Positions 37,946-46,843 of a stretch of 64,000 nt of DNA are shown here, one piece after another. The position numbers and the translations under genes are program-made. A model generated the notes under the pieces. It saw only the letters and a program-made list of their open reading frames with translations, did not search any database and was not told the origin of the DNA. Origin of the DNA: an uncultured virus (IMG/VR IMGVR_UViG_3300034120_003123) (Duplodnaviria; Heunggongvirae; Uroviricota; Caudoviricetes); the IMG/VR virus record IMGVR_UViG_3300034120_003123; one strand, 5' to 3'. The first letter of the stretch is position 1. Every line of letters starts with the position of its first letter.

Positions 37946-38374
37946 TTACCTCCAATGGTGATGTGTATTAATTATATCGGGTATATCTGGATTGGTTTCG
38001 TAGTCTACTCCAAAATTTAACACCATAGATTTAGAGTCGTGTAAATCGTAACCTCTTGCAACAATTCTTTCTTTACATTCCATGCAAGATAGCATAGAGG
38101 CCACGACTATTGCCTGAGCTTTTTCATCCATGTCGGACCAGCAATCAAAATTAATAATTACAGCTAAGTCTGTTTCCAAAAGCTCGTTAACAGGATCTGC
38201 TATAAATACAAAGTGCCATATTTTATTATGTTCTTTTGGAGGTTTAGCATTAAGGATACCAATAAACTTAAGTCTTTCGTAAGGAATTTTTCCAAATTTA
38301 TCGTCATACTTATTAATTAATGAAATAGCAATTTTTTTGGCATCAGCCATCTCAATCCACTCACATTTTCCCAT
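37946..38374 (-). CDS. Putative phage metallopeptidase-like protein with degenerate active site
   Basis: Pattern IINFDCWSDMDEKAQAIVV...YDLHD...FG; the HExxH position reads SMLSC. Confidence 0.45.
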   Translation of the reverse strand: MGKCEWIEMADAKKIAISLINKYDDKFGKIPYERLKFIGILNAKPPKEHNKIWHFVFIADPVNELLETDLAVIINFDCWSDMDEKAQAIVVASMLSCMECKERIVARGYDLHDSKSMVLNFGVDYETNPDIPDIINTHHHWR

Positions 38375-39269
38375 TGCATATACTCCTATATATTTTTAAT
38401 ACATCTCTATCGTCGCATTTTTTTAATTCATGTTTTCCGTAAGAAATTGAATCGATTAAATTATTGACATGCTTATTGAAAATGGCGGTTTTACTTTTAA
38501 AAATTCTATGATTTTTTATGAAATCTTTATGCATTGCAATTGTACCATTTACAGATGACATTATTGCGTCTTGCTCCAAATGGTATAACATTATTAATAT
38601 TATATGATCATCTAAGATGGAGAAGTTTTTTCTCAATATATCTATATTTAAATTTTTATTGCACCTAAAAGTTTTTTGAGATTCTATGACACATTTATGC
38701 AAATAAGGATTTTCATTAATTTTTGAACTTATAATATGCATGTAAAATTTGATAAAATCTTTTTCAATACAAGAAATACTGCAGCCGGTATCGTGAAAAC
38801 TACACAACCTACTATTACTTACCTCTTCAATGCAATCATCGCCACCGGACTGAGAAAGTTCACAAAACAAATAATATATATTATAATTTGTGACTTCTAT
38901 AGAACGCATCATCTCCATGTTCCAAATTTGTTCCGCAATTTCAAATTGACTTTTATAATTAAACAAATTTAAAAATAGATGAGAAAATAATGAAAGTCCA
39001 TTCATTTTGTGTGAAGAAATTATACTTCTAAGTTTAGAGAAAAAATATAAACTATTTCTTTCTTGCTCTGAAAAATTCTGATTGGTTAAAGAATATAATT
39101 TTTTATATAATAGATATTCATCATCAACATTTTTATACGTATTTATATTATTAACAAAATTGTTTTCTAAACTTCCATAAAAAAAACTAATCAATTTTGT
39201 TTTTTCAAAATTACAATTTATATATTTGTATATATCTTTATGAATAAAATTTTCTTTAAATAAAAACAT
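38361..39269 (-). CDS. Hypothetical protein (very AT-rich)
   Basis: Long ORF; start uncertain (ATG 39269 or TTG 39317). Confidence 0.6.
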   Translation of the reverse strand: MFLFKENFIHKDIYKYINCNFEKTKLISFFYGSLENNFVNNINTYKNVDDEYLLYKKLYSLTNQNFSEQERNSLYFFSKLRSIISSHKMNGLSLFSHLFLNLFNYKSQFEIAEQIWNMEMMRSIEVTNYNIYYLFCELSQSGGDDCIEEVSNSRLCSFHDTGCSISCIEKDFIKFYMHIISSKINENPYLHKCVIESQKTFRCNKNLNIDILRKNFSILDDHIILIMLYHLEQDAIMSSVNGTIAMHKDFIKNHRIFKSKTAIFNKHVNNLIDSISYGKHELKKCDDRDVLKIYRSICNGKM

Positions 39270-39300
39270 AGTGGGAGAGGCAAAAACCTCTCCCACTATG
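39261..39300 (-). terminator. Rho-independent terminator
   Basis: Perfect 14-bp stem CATAGTGGGAGAGG / CCTCTCCCACTATG, 6-nt loop, followed by TTTTTATTT on the minus strand, just after the stop at 39324. Confidence 0.85.
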
Positions 39301-39323
39301 TCGGCAAAAGCGCTCAAAAACTA

Positions 39324-39578
39324 TCAACGACGACGACCAGCTGCGACTGGACGACGGGCCTCATTGCGAGAGGCGACGACAGTTGGGAGGCTGTAGAGGT
39401 TGCGCGAAGTGCTGCTGGTGATGTACTCACCCTGCGGACTACGAGCAACACGAACTCCCTTGATCTTGCCAGCCTTGGCAAGACGGACAGCCTCACGGCG
39501 AGAAACCTGACCAACTCCTGTGATCATGTAACCAATGGTGTGGCGCTTCGTTGAAACAACTCTCTTGTAAATCATCAT
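39324..39578 (-). CDS. Small very basic DUF3892-like protein
   Basis: IGY...VSRREAVRLAKAGKIKGVRV...GEYI...NLYSLP pattern; AAAGGAG Shine-Dalgarno before ATG 39578. Confidence 0.7.
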   Translation of the reverse strand: MMIYKRVVSTKRHTIGYMITGVGQVSRREAVRLAKAGKIKGVRVARSPQGEYITSSTSRNLYSLPTVVASRNEARRPVAAGRRR

Positions 39579-39610
39579 AGCTTTTTCTCCTTTAAAATAG
39601 CTTTGTCTCC

Positions 39611-40117
39611 TCAATCGGAGCCTAATGTGTTATCGTCAAAATGCTTTCGCATCATCATGCCACGCAGCTTTTTTTGCATAATATTTACGCATTCTTCTGA
39701 CTGCATTTCTTTTAAAACTTTATTGTTGAAAACTTCCTTAGCCTCTACCACAGACTCAAAGATTTTGCCGTCAAGCAGCATCTTCTTAAAAGCATGATCT
39801 TCAATTACTTTTGCTATAAAGTCAAGCTCTTCTTCTGTGTAGCTAGATTCTAAATGTTTTTCAATGCTTTGAATTAAATCTAACACATAGTCAGATATAA
39901 TCCTATCTTTTCTTGTTGCCATATGCTCAATGATGGAGTCTACCCAAGCAGCAACAACTATAGCGCTATTGTGCTGATCAACCTCATCAGTTGGATCTGA
40001 ACTAATCGTAGAGGTTTGCAGATACATGTCCCTCATGCGATCAGGTTCTAAACTATTGGTGGCCGATTTTAATATGATATCGGCCACTTTGTGGGCAATT
40101 TTTCTTGCTGGTTTCAC
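39611..40117 (-). CDS. Hypothetical helical protein (weak DUF2059-like YTEEEL motif)
   Basis: 168-aa ORF, GTG start. Confidence 0.6.
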   Translation of the reverse strand: MKPARKIAHKVADIILKSATNSLEPDRMRDMYLQTSTISSDPTDEVDQHNSAIVVAAWVDSIIEHMATRKDRIISDYVLDLIQSIEKHLESSYTEEELDFIAKVIEDHAFKKMLLDGKIFESVVEAKEVFNNKVLKEMQSEECVNIMQKKLRGMMMRKHFDDNTLGSD

Positions 40118-40120
40118 AGT

Positions 40121-40456
40121 TTACTTTCCAGTGTAGCCAGAAGCAACGCCAGCAACATAGCACCAGTCTTTCACAGAAATTTTACTCTTGTGCTTAAGGA
40201 CTGAGAGCATACTGTTTCTTGACTTACATACCCAGTTGCTAGACTGCATAAAACCATTGACTGCAAATCTATCAGCTATAGCCATGCAAGTTTCGTAATT
40301 AAACTTATTATCTCTAGCAAATTTGCTGACATCTAAAGCAGACTTTGACAGAAAATGGTACATCATTAATATACCAATGTGTCCATCAAAGTCAGCTCCC
40401 TTAAGATCTCCAATTTCACAACCGTGAATAAACTTACTAATATCCTCAGGATTCAT
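40121..40456 (-). CDS. Hypothetical protein
   Basis: 111-aa ORF with GGAG Shine-Dalgarno. Confidence 0.7.
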   Translation of the reverse strand: MNPEDISKFIHGCEIGDLKGADFDGHIGILMMYHFLSKSALDVSKFARDNKFNYETCMAIADRFAVNGFMQSSNWVCKSRNSMLSVLKHKSKISVKDWCYVAGVASGYTGK

Positions 40457-40467
40457 ATCCTACTCCA

Positions 40468-41115
40468 TCAAATCTGCACCGTCGTGTAGTTCCCAACATG
40501 GGATCTATTAGCACACACGACTAAGTGACTTGTTGCGTTCTGTATTACAGTATCCTCAACCATCTGCCCAAATGCATGAATCTTCAAGTTTTTTAGAGTA
40601 TTGATTTTTTTATTTAGATATATGTCGCCTTGATCTGATATGTTGGTGCAGTTCTTGTGCATATAGCAGTGGTTCCATGTAACTAGTATGTCAGTTTCTG
40701 CCGGAATGCTTTCTATGGCAGTAGTATAAAGATTTATGTCTTTTGATTTAAAAGCATTGGGATCTAAATTTGAAAAATGAATAGGGACCCAAGGCATTGA
40801 GTAAATTTTAAGACCCTTAAAAGTTATCAATTCATCTTGAATATAGTTTGCTCTCATATAGTAATTAGAGTGTGAACCATAAAACTTTGCCAGATGATCA
40901 TTTGGACCACCACTAAAAATAAAACAAGTGGATGGATATTTATCCATCCACTTGTTAAGATTGTCTTCTATCCAATCTACCTGATTTGTAATATTCCAAG
41001 TTAAAAGCTCTTTGTCATAAATAGGCAAAAAGTTGCCACAGCAAATTAAACAGTCTAAATTTTCTTTTAAATCAAAAAGACCGTCACATAAGTCTGTACA
41101 AAATCCTATTTTCAT
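40468..41115 (-). CDS. Calcineurin-like metallophosphoesterase fold protein with degenerate metal ligands
   Basis: MKI...TDL, LICCGNF, GPND, KIYSMPW, IPAETDILVT, HAFG. Confidence 0.7.
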   Translation of the reverse strand: MKIGFCTDLCDGLFDLKENLDCLICCGNFLPIYDKELLTWNITNQVDWIEDNLNKWMDKYPSTCFIFSGGPNDHLAKFYGSHSNYYMRANYIQDELITFKGLKIYSMPWVPIHFSNLDPNAFKSKDINLYTTAIESIPAETDILVTWNHCYMHKNCTNISDQGDIYLNKKINTLKNLKIHAFGQMVEDTVIQNATSHLVVCANRSHVGNYTTVQI

Positions 41116-41150
41116 TTAAAATGTCCAGCACAACTAGTTAACTTAAAATA

Positions 41151-41477
41151 TCAGTCAGCAGGCTGAGTGCTAAGAACTTCTCCTTGAACTGGAGCAGAAA
41201 TAGACTCGGACTGCTTCTTTTGTGCCGCAGCCTGTCTTTCAGCAATCTGCTTCTTCATCTCTTCAGAGAACTTCTTAAGTTCTTCTTCATACTTTTCAAA
41301 AGCTTCTTCTAAAGATGCTGCTGGTATGACAAATCTAACCTCAGACTGACCAAAGTTAGTGACCATTTGAGCTACACCAAAATAAGAAAACTCTAAAGAG
41401 TCGCCATCACTAGCCTTCTCAATATGCTCAATCTTTATTCCATCATCATTAACATACGCATGCAATTTTCTGATCAT
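41151..41477 (-). CDS. Hypothetical protein
   Basis: 108-aa ORF with AAGGAG Shine-Dalgarno. Confidence 0.7.
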   Translation of the reverse strand: MIRKLHAYVNDDGIKIEHIEKASDGDSLEFSYFGVAQMVTNFGQSEVRFVIPAASLEEAFEKYEEELKKFSEEMKKQIAERQAAAQKKQSESISAPVQGEVLSTQPAD

Positions 41478-41779
41478 TTTTTCTCCTTCAATTTAAAGTT
41501 ATTAATGAACTCACTGACTATATCGACTGATTCCTTTTCATTCGACTGTTTAACAATTATTTGATATTTAAATCTCTTACTTCTTACAAGGTAATTTCTG
41601 TTGTAAATCACATTTGCATCTCGCAATAAGTTATCTACAGTATGACTATCGTGCTCTGAAACATAAAATATAGTATTCTTTTTTACTAATTGAGCGTAGC
41701 TAACATGCTGCAAGACTTCTGTAATGTCAATATTTGACTTTTTTAAATATACTCTTTTTATTTTTCGTTTTCTGCCCAT
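41474..41779 (-). CDS. Hypothetical basic protein
   Basis: 101-aa ORF in tiling position. Confidence 0.6.
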   Translation of the reverse strand: MGRKRKIKRVYLKKSNIDITEVLQHVSYAQLVKKNTIFYVSEHDSHTVDNLLRDANVIYNRNYLVRSKRFKYQIIVKQSNEKESVDIVSEFINNFKLKEKK

Positions 41780-43359
41780 ATGTTTTTTTTATTGATTAAG
41801 TTTTTAAAATTATTAATATTATTATTACTAATATATAATATATCGGACTTTAAAAATAGCTTTTGCTCTAAATCATTTAATTTTTCTAATGAATCATCTA
41901 AAGTATTAATAATAAAGTACTGACAATTTTCATAGTCTTTTTTGTATATCATCCTCGGGTTATTGTGATCGCAATTTTCACATGATATTCCTATCATGTC
42001 TGAATAAAAACTAACATAGCTGTTTATGTCGCGCACATTTATAATAGGAAAAAATGTTCTTTGATCGACAGTACTTATGCCTAATACTTCTTTTAGTTCA
42101 GTTTTTTTATTTATTACTTTACTACCGATCACGTGTTTTGTGCGGTTTGTACCTTTTGGGTAAAGACTTTTAGCTTTATGGTATGTTTTTGAAGAAGTTC
42201 TTTCTTCAACTACTTTTTTTATGTTCTGCCGTATTAAAGTATCTCTAGAGTTTTTGCTAACACTTACCTTTTGATAACTTTTATTATTACCTGAAGACTT
42301 ATTTTTAAAATTTTCTACGATATCATTTATAACTTCTTCATATTGTTTTTTGAAATAATTTTTATTCAGATTTTCTGAAGCCCAATTTGCAGTAGACTCT
42401 TTTAAGCGTTTTAATTTTTCAACATCAGAAAAAACGTTCTTCAGTATTAATTCTGCTTCCGAAAATGATTCAAAAGTGTATCCATTAACTCCATTTATCA
42501 CAAGCTCACTATTCCCAGGTATGTTTGAGCAGATTACGGGTACGCCAGCGGCTAAGCTCTCAAGTACAGCCATTGACGTTCCCTCAGGCCTGTTTATGTG
42601 ATATACAAATAAATCCCAAGATTTTAATTTACTAAATTTTATTTTTTCATCATTTACAGAACCAACCATTACGCAATGACTTTCCTTAGTCTTGCAAGAT
42701 TCCGCTAGAGTGTACGCTTCATTATAATGCTGTCCAGTACCAATATACTCATGAATATGCTGTTTTGACAATTTAATACTACTTATCCACTTAACAAATT
42801 CTGGATTGTATTTTATAGCGTTTAATGAATTTATTCTGCCAGTTTTAAAAAAAGATTCATTTTTTTCTTGTGTACATGCAAATTTTGAAACATATGAAAA
42901 ATCTACAATATTTTTAATAGTGTAAAAATTTGTATTTTTATTTATTGACTTCATCTTTTTAGACATATGATCACTGACGCAAACGCATTCAGTAAAATTA
43001 AAAAGTTTATTAAAACCGTTTGAATCAGAATAAGTGTGATTAATTACAAAATATGGGCATTTTGTTTTCCATAATAAATTAGCAAACATCTTGGTGGGAG
43101 AGCACATTAGTTTATGGAATACAAAAACACAATCTTTAAACTTTTCGCTTTTTGCATCATTAATTACAGACTCAAAAGTAGCCTGTTTGACAGGTACAGG
43201 AAAATGACTGCCAATGTTTTTGTTAGATAATCTATGATTAACGCAGATGACATCTTGTTCATTTATAACAGATGAATCACTTAAAGCTTCATATATTTGT
43301 TTAAGAGATGAAGCTGCACCCGAGTTAAATGTTTTTTCTATAACATGAACAAGCTTCAT
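41758..43359 (-). CDS. Glycosyltransferase family 4 (GT-B) with C-terminal extension
   Basis: SGAA, CVSD, GRI..K, EGTSMAVLESLAAGVPVI (Ex7E), ELVINGVNG. Confidence 0.9.
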   Translation of the reverse strand: MKLVHVIEKTFNSGAASSLKQIYEALSDSSVINEQDVICVNHRLSNKNIGSHFPVPVKQATFESVINDAKSEKFKDCVFVFHKLMCSPTKMFANLLWKTKCPYFVINHTYSDSNGFNKLFNFTECVCVSDHMSKKMKSINKNTNFYTIKNIVDFSYVSKFACTQEKNESFFKTGRINSLNAIKYNPEFVKWISSIKLSKQHIHEYIGTGQHYNEAYTLAESCKTKESHCVMVGSVNDEKIKFSKLKSWDLFVYHINRPEGTSMAVLESLAAGVPVICSNIPGNSELVINGVNGYTFESFSEAELILKNVFSDVEKLKRLKESTANWASENLNKNYFKKQYEEVINDIVENFKNKSSGNNKSYQKVSVSKNSRDTLIRQNIKKVVEERTSSKTYHKAKSLYPKGTNRTKHVIGSKVINKKTELKEVLGISTVDQRTFFPIINVRDINSYVSFYSDMIGISCENCDHNNPRMIYKKDYENCQYFIINTLDDSLEKLNDLEQKLFLKSDILYISNNNINNFKNLINKKNIWAENEK

Positions 43360-43832
43360 TTGATCATTATGCTTTCATAATCTTTTCTAAATGCTTTAAA
43401 TAGCATTTCATCTATTACTCCTTTGCCACCGTTGGAATTCAATCTTATAACAAAAGGCATACTTAAAACAGCGTGACAAGCATCGTTGGGACAAAATGAT
43501 TGACCACATACCTCCATAGCACACATGTCTTGAGGTCCATCTCCTACAAAAATGCAATCGGACGCAACATATCCAAGTTGAATGCATGAAGATATCACTG
43601 CTTCTTTTTTATCTTTACAATTAGGTACTATTTTCAATTTATTATATTTAAATTTTTTTATAGTTGCTATGTCTGTTGATGCAGTTAGAAAGATAAAATT
43701 AAACCCATTCTGACTAAAATTATTAATTGCATGAAAATCTCTAGTACAAAATCCCTTTCCTATCATCCCATCTTCACTATGATAATAAAAACCATCAGTC
43801 AAAACTCCGTCTATGTCTGAAAAAATAATCAT
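43356..43832 (-). CDS. KdsC-family HAD phosphatase (KDO-8-P / KDN-9-P phosphatase-like)
   Basis: DIDGVLTDG, F.TRD, DKK, FVGDGPQD, GGKGVI. Confidence 0.9.
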   Translation of the reverse strand: MIIFSDIDGVLTDGFYYHSEDGMIGKGFCTRDFHAINNFSQNGFNFIFLTASTDIATIKKFKYNKLKIVPNCKDKKEAVISSCIQLGYVASDCIFVGDGPQDMCAMEVCGQSFCPNDACHAVLSMPFVIRLNSNGGKGVIDEMLFKAFRKDYESIMIK

Positions 43833-44674
43833 TTACTTGAATTCCTTAATTTAACAGACTGACTTTTTTCTTCATCTGAGCATTCTACATTCATAAATTT
43901 TAAGCTTTTACTAACGTTAACAATATCTCTTTTTAAAGTTTTTAGTCCATGAGGCTCAAGACTTGCCGCAGCATCGGTGTGCCTAAAAGTCCTATCATCT
44001 ATAAAATGTCTTTCTATAAAGCTAGCACCCATAGCTAATGCTGCAATGTCTGCAGCAATACCGTATCCATGATTACTAAAGCCAGCCCTGCCAAATATAT
44101 TATATATGTTTGATACTTCCTTAACATACAACCTTTCAAATGGACACGGGTATTCAGTGGTGGTATGATAAAATAAAACGTTAGCTTTTTCATATTTTTT
44201 AAATAAAAACTTTCTATCATCTTGGCTCAGCATCCCTAAACTTATATGCACAACCCCTTCAAAATTAGCAAGACAATAATCAATAAGATCAAAATGCATA
44301 TTACAAGCGCTTGGTATTTTTAATAGATCAGGATGTATTCTGATTATTTCTTCAGCGCTATCCAAATCCCAGACGCTGCATCCATACCCAACTCCAAGCT
44401 CCTTACATTTTTGTTTTAAAATTTCATGATCTTTAATGTCTAGTTCAAGAGCAAGCCTATGATCTAAGTAAGTAGAGCCATAAGAAAAATAAGGATTAGG
44501 ATGTGGTTGATTAGCAATATCTGGAGGTACTGATTTGTAAGGATTTCGCTTTTGAAACTTTACAATATCAGCTCCATTATAAGCTGCCAATTCTATAAGC
44601 ATAATCGCTCTAGGCAAAGACCCAGCGTGAACTGCCCCTAATTCTGCAACAAGCTGACAAGATCTTTTTTCCAT
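43829..44674 (-). CDS. neuB: Nonulosonic/sialic acid synthase, NeuB family, lacking the C-terminal AFL/SAF domain
   Basis: AELG..H.G, GADIVKFQKR, SVWD, KIPSA, HTTTEYP, GFSNH, IERHF, DAAASLEP. Confidence 0.93.
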   Translation of the reverse strand: MEKRSCQLVAELGAVHAGSLPRAIMLIELAAYNGADIVKFQKRNPYKSVPPDIANQPHPNPYFSYGSTYLDHRLALELDIKDHEILKQKCKELGVGYGCSVWDLDSAEEIIRIHPDLLKIPSACNMHFDLIDYCLANFEGVVHISLGMLSQDDRKFLFKKYEKANVLFYHTTTEYPCPFERLYVKEVSNIYNIFGRAGFSNHGYGIAADIAALAMGASFIERHFIDDRTFRHTDAAASLEPHGLKTLKRDIVNVSKSLKFMNVECSDEEKSQSVKLRNSSK

Positions 44675-45369
44675 TCAATAATCTCCTTATCTTTTTGTGC
44701 TATAAAATTCATGAAATCCAATTCCAAGTACGTATCAATCTGTAAAGATTTAATATCGTCATTAATATGAACGTAAGAATTATCGCACAATCTTACATTT
44801 TTATTTCTTATATGACCAACAGAGCATGCATACAAATTCCCATCTTCATGATAGTAAAATTCATCTTTGTGCAAATCTTGTCTCATTTTTCTTTCATTGA
44901 TGTTATACATGGGCTTTTCATTTTTCCACAAAAATGGGGTAATCGAAGATGCGGTAAAACCAGCATCTCTATTAGATGATGTAAAATCTGCACTAAATTC
45001 AGCTATCAAATCACCATGCCTAAATGGAGATGTAGGCTGAAGTATATACAAAAAATCTTCATTTTTTATATTTGATTCAAATTGTAAAAATTCTAATATT
45101 GCAGATTCAGTAGTAGATTTATCTCCACTATTTTTTGCAGACCTTAAAATACCATGAACTCTACAGGCAGACGGATTGCTAGAAATTATCTTTACATGCT
45201 CCAAGATAGACGTATCATCAGAAGAAACATATATATTACTAAAAATTCCAGCGTCTAGAGCGCCAAGTACAGACCAGTACAACAAAGGTAGGCCATCAAG
45301 TACAGCTAGATTTTTGTTTTTAATTCCTTTTGATCCACCTCTTGCAGGTATAAAGCAAATATTGTTCAT
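44638..45369 (-). CDS. neuA: Acylneuraminate cytidylyltransferase (CMP-sialic acid synthetase)
   Basis: IPARGGSKGIKNKN, VSSDD, LQPTSPFR, RQDL, EDGNLY, QIDT. Confidence 0.93.
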   Translation of the reverse strand: MNNICFIPARGGSKGIKNKNLAVLDGLPLLYWSVLGALDAGIFSNIYVSSDDTSILEHVKIISSNPSACRVHGILRSAKNSGDKSTTESAILEFLQFESNIKNEDFLYILQPTSPFRHGDLIAEFSADFTSSNRDAGFTASSITPFLWKNEKPMYNINERKMRQDLHKDEFYYHEDGNLYACSVGHIRNKNVRLCDNSYVHINDDIKSLQIDTYLELDFMNFIAQKDKEIIEWKKDLVSLLQN

Positions 45370-46116
45370 TTATTTTTTCCTGTCACCATATTTTTCTAAC
45401 AATTTATCGAGCTGATGTTGTTCAAAAATATTTAAAGCAGAATCTTTAGTAGCATTTATAATGCTAGTGTCACACTTTTCGTTCATCTTTTTAAATAACT
45501 TCCAATAATCCAATATGTCTTGACATTCTTTTGATCCAATAGCTATTTTTGCACTAGATGGTATAATTGCTTTTCTATCTAATCTTACAGGCTTAGTAAA
45601 GCCTGGATATTCCCAAAAATATCTTTTATCTCCGACCATTTTGCAGTCACATCCTATCATGACTATAGGATTGCACCCCATGATCCTCATAATATGAATT
45701 CCGCTTGCCAAACTTGTCCTAGCGCCAATAATTGGCTGCTGACAATCTTTGTTCATAATTAAACCTTTCATATTATATTTATTAGTTTTTGGATCAAAAT
45801 ACCAAGTATGGTCAAACATGCACACTTCATGCTGTCTAAGATGATATGCACGACCTTGAAATTTTTTATTATATAAAAACTTAATGCAGCTTGATTGAGC
45901 TAAATCTCTAATAAAATAAGACCAGTTAGAAACTGACCAGTCGTCACTTACAAAGTAATCGCATGATTTATTAAATAAAATTGAAGAATTTACTGTCATT
46001 GTAACATAGTCAGACAGCAATTCAGGATTGACATCTTTTAAAGACGGACCTGAACCTATAATGAATCCAAGTTTATCTTTATGAATGTTCTGAAATTGAC
46101 ACAAATTTAATGCCAT
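45370..46116 (-). CDS. Maf/DUF115 (MptE-like) family protein; putative nonulosonate transferase
   Basis: NIHKD..IIGSGPSL, TVN, MGCNPIVMIGCD, IINAT. Confidence 0.8.
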   Translation of the reverse strand: MALNLCQFQNIHKDKLGFIIGSGPSLKDVNPELLSDYVTMTVNSSILFNKSCDYFVSDDWSVSNWSYFIRDLAQSSCIKFLYNKKFQGRAYHLRQHEVCMFDHTWYFDPKTNKYNMKGLIMNKDCQQPIIGARTSLASGIHIMRIMGCNPIVMIGCDCKMVGDKRYFWEYPGFTKPVRLDRKAIIPSSAKIAIGSKECQDILDYWKLFKKMNEKCDTSIINATKDSALNIFEQHQLDKLLEKYGDRKK

Positions 46117-46843
46117 ATTTTTTTAATATTGTATTTTCTAAAATTGTTTCGTTAAAAGGCAGACAGGTTTTATTGTGATTTACATTTTTTATAGACACAT
46201 TTTTAATTTTTGCATAATTAATAATAGAATTGAAAACATCAACGTTCATTTTCCAAACATTTTTTTGCATAGGAATAGGTTGCATAATTCGAACAGGGGC
46301 TGCATATATTGTTCTATCTTTCCCTAATATTTTTTCTTTTGGCTGCAATTCTTTTGGCAAAAATTGCCAAAAATGAGTTCTATCTCCTATCGCAATGTGA
46401 TCTATGCCAAACAAGTATATCTCTTTAAAGCCAAGCTTTATAGCCAAATCTATAGCGGAAGGCACAGAAGAGTTATATAATAATCCATCGTCATTTTCTT
46501 CTATTACATCTTCTCTTGTTTTTCTTGGTTTAAAAAATAGAAAATCCTTTAATTCGCTCTCGTACTTTAACCAAGAGTCTCTTACAATTTTGTAACAATG
46601 GTCTTTTTTTACTTTATCAAAATATGACCATTTCCTACATAAGCTATCATTGCTAATCCATCCACGAAGAGTATTGTCATTACAGGGGGCACTCCAATTG
46701 GTCTTTAAAATTGCGCTATTCACTGTTAGCATGTGACAGCTACATATACTGAAATCATAATTACGCAACGACGGGCCAGCGCCGAGAATGACTATAGGCT
46801 TGTTAGACCATGAAATTGTTTCTAGCTTCTTGTACGAGATCAT
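46079..46843 (-). CDS. Second Maf/DUF115 family protein; putative nonulosonate transferase
   Basis: ILGAGPSL, TVNSA, AIDLAIKLGFKEIYLFGID, HFW; start placed at MISYKK. Confidence 0.8.
   Translation of the reverse strand: MISYKKLETISWSNKPIVILGAGPSLRNYDFSICSCHMLTVNSAILKTNWSAPCNDNTLRGWISNDSLCRKWSYFDKVKKDHCYKIVRDSWLKYESELKDFLFFKPRKTREDVIEENDDGLLYNSSVPSAIDLAIKLGFKEIYLFGIDHIAIGDRTHFWQFLPKELQPKEKILGKDRTIYAAPVRIMQPIPMQKNVWKMNVDVFNSIINYAKIKNVSIKNVNHNKTCLPFNETILENTILKKYGIKFVSISEHS

Noticed and set aside
39314..39514. Alternative-frame 66-aa ORF over the DUF3892-like gene
   Set aside because: The other frame has the Shine-Dalgarno, the family pattern and a stop just before the terminator
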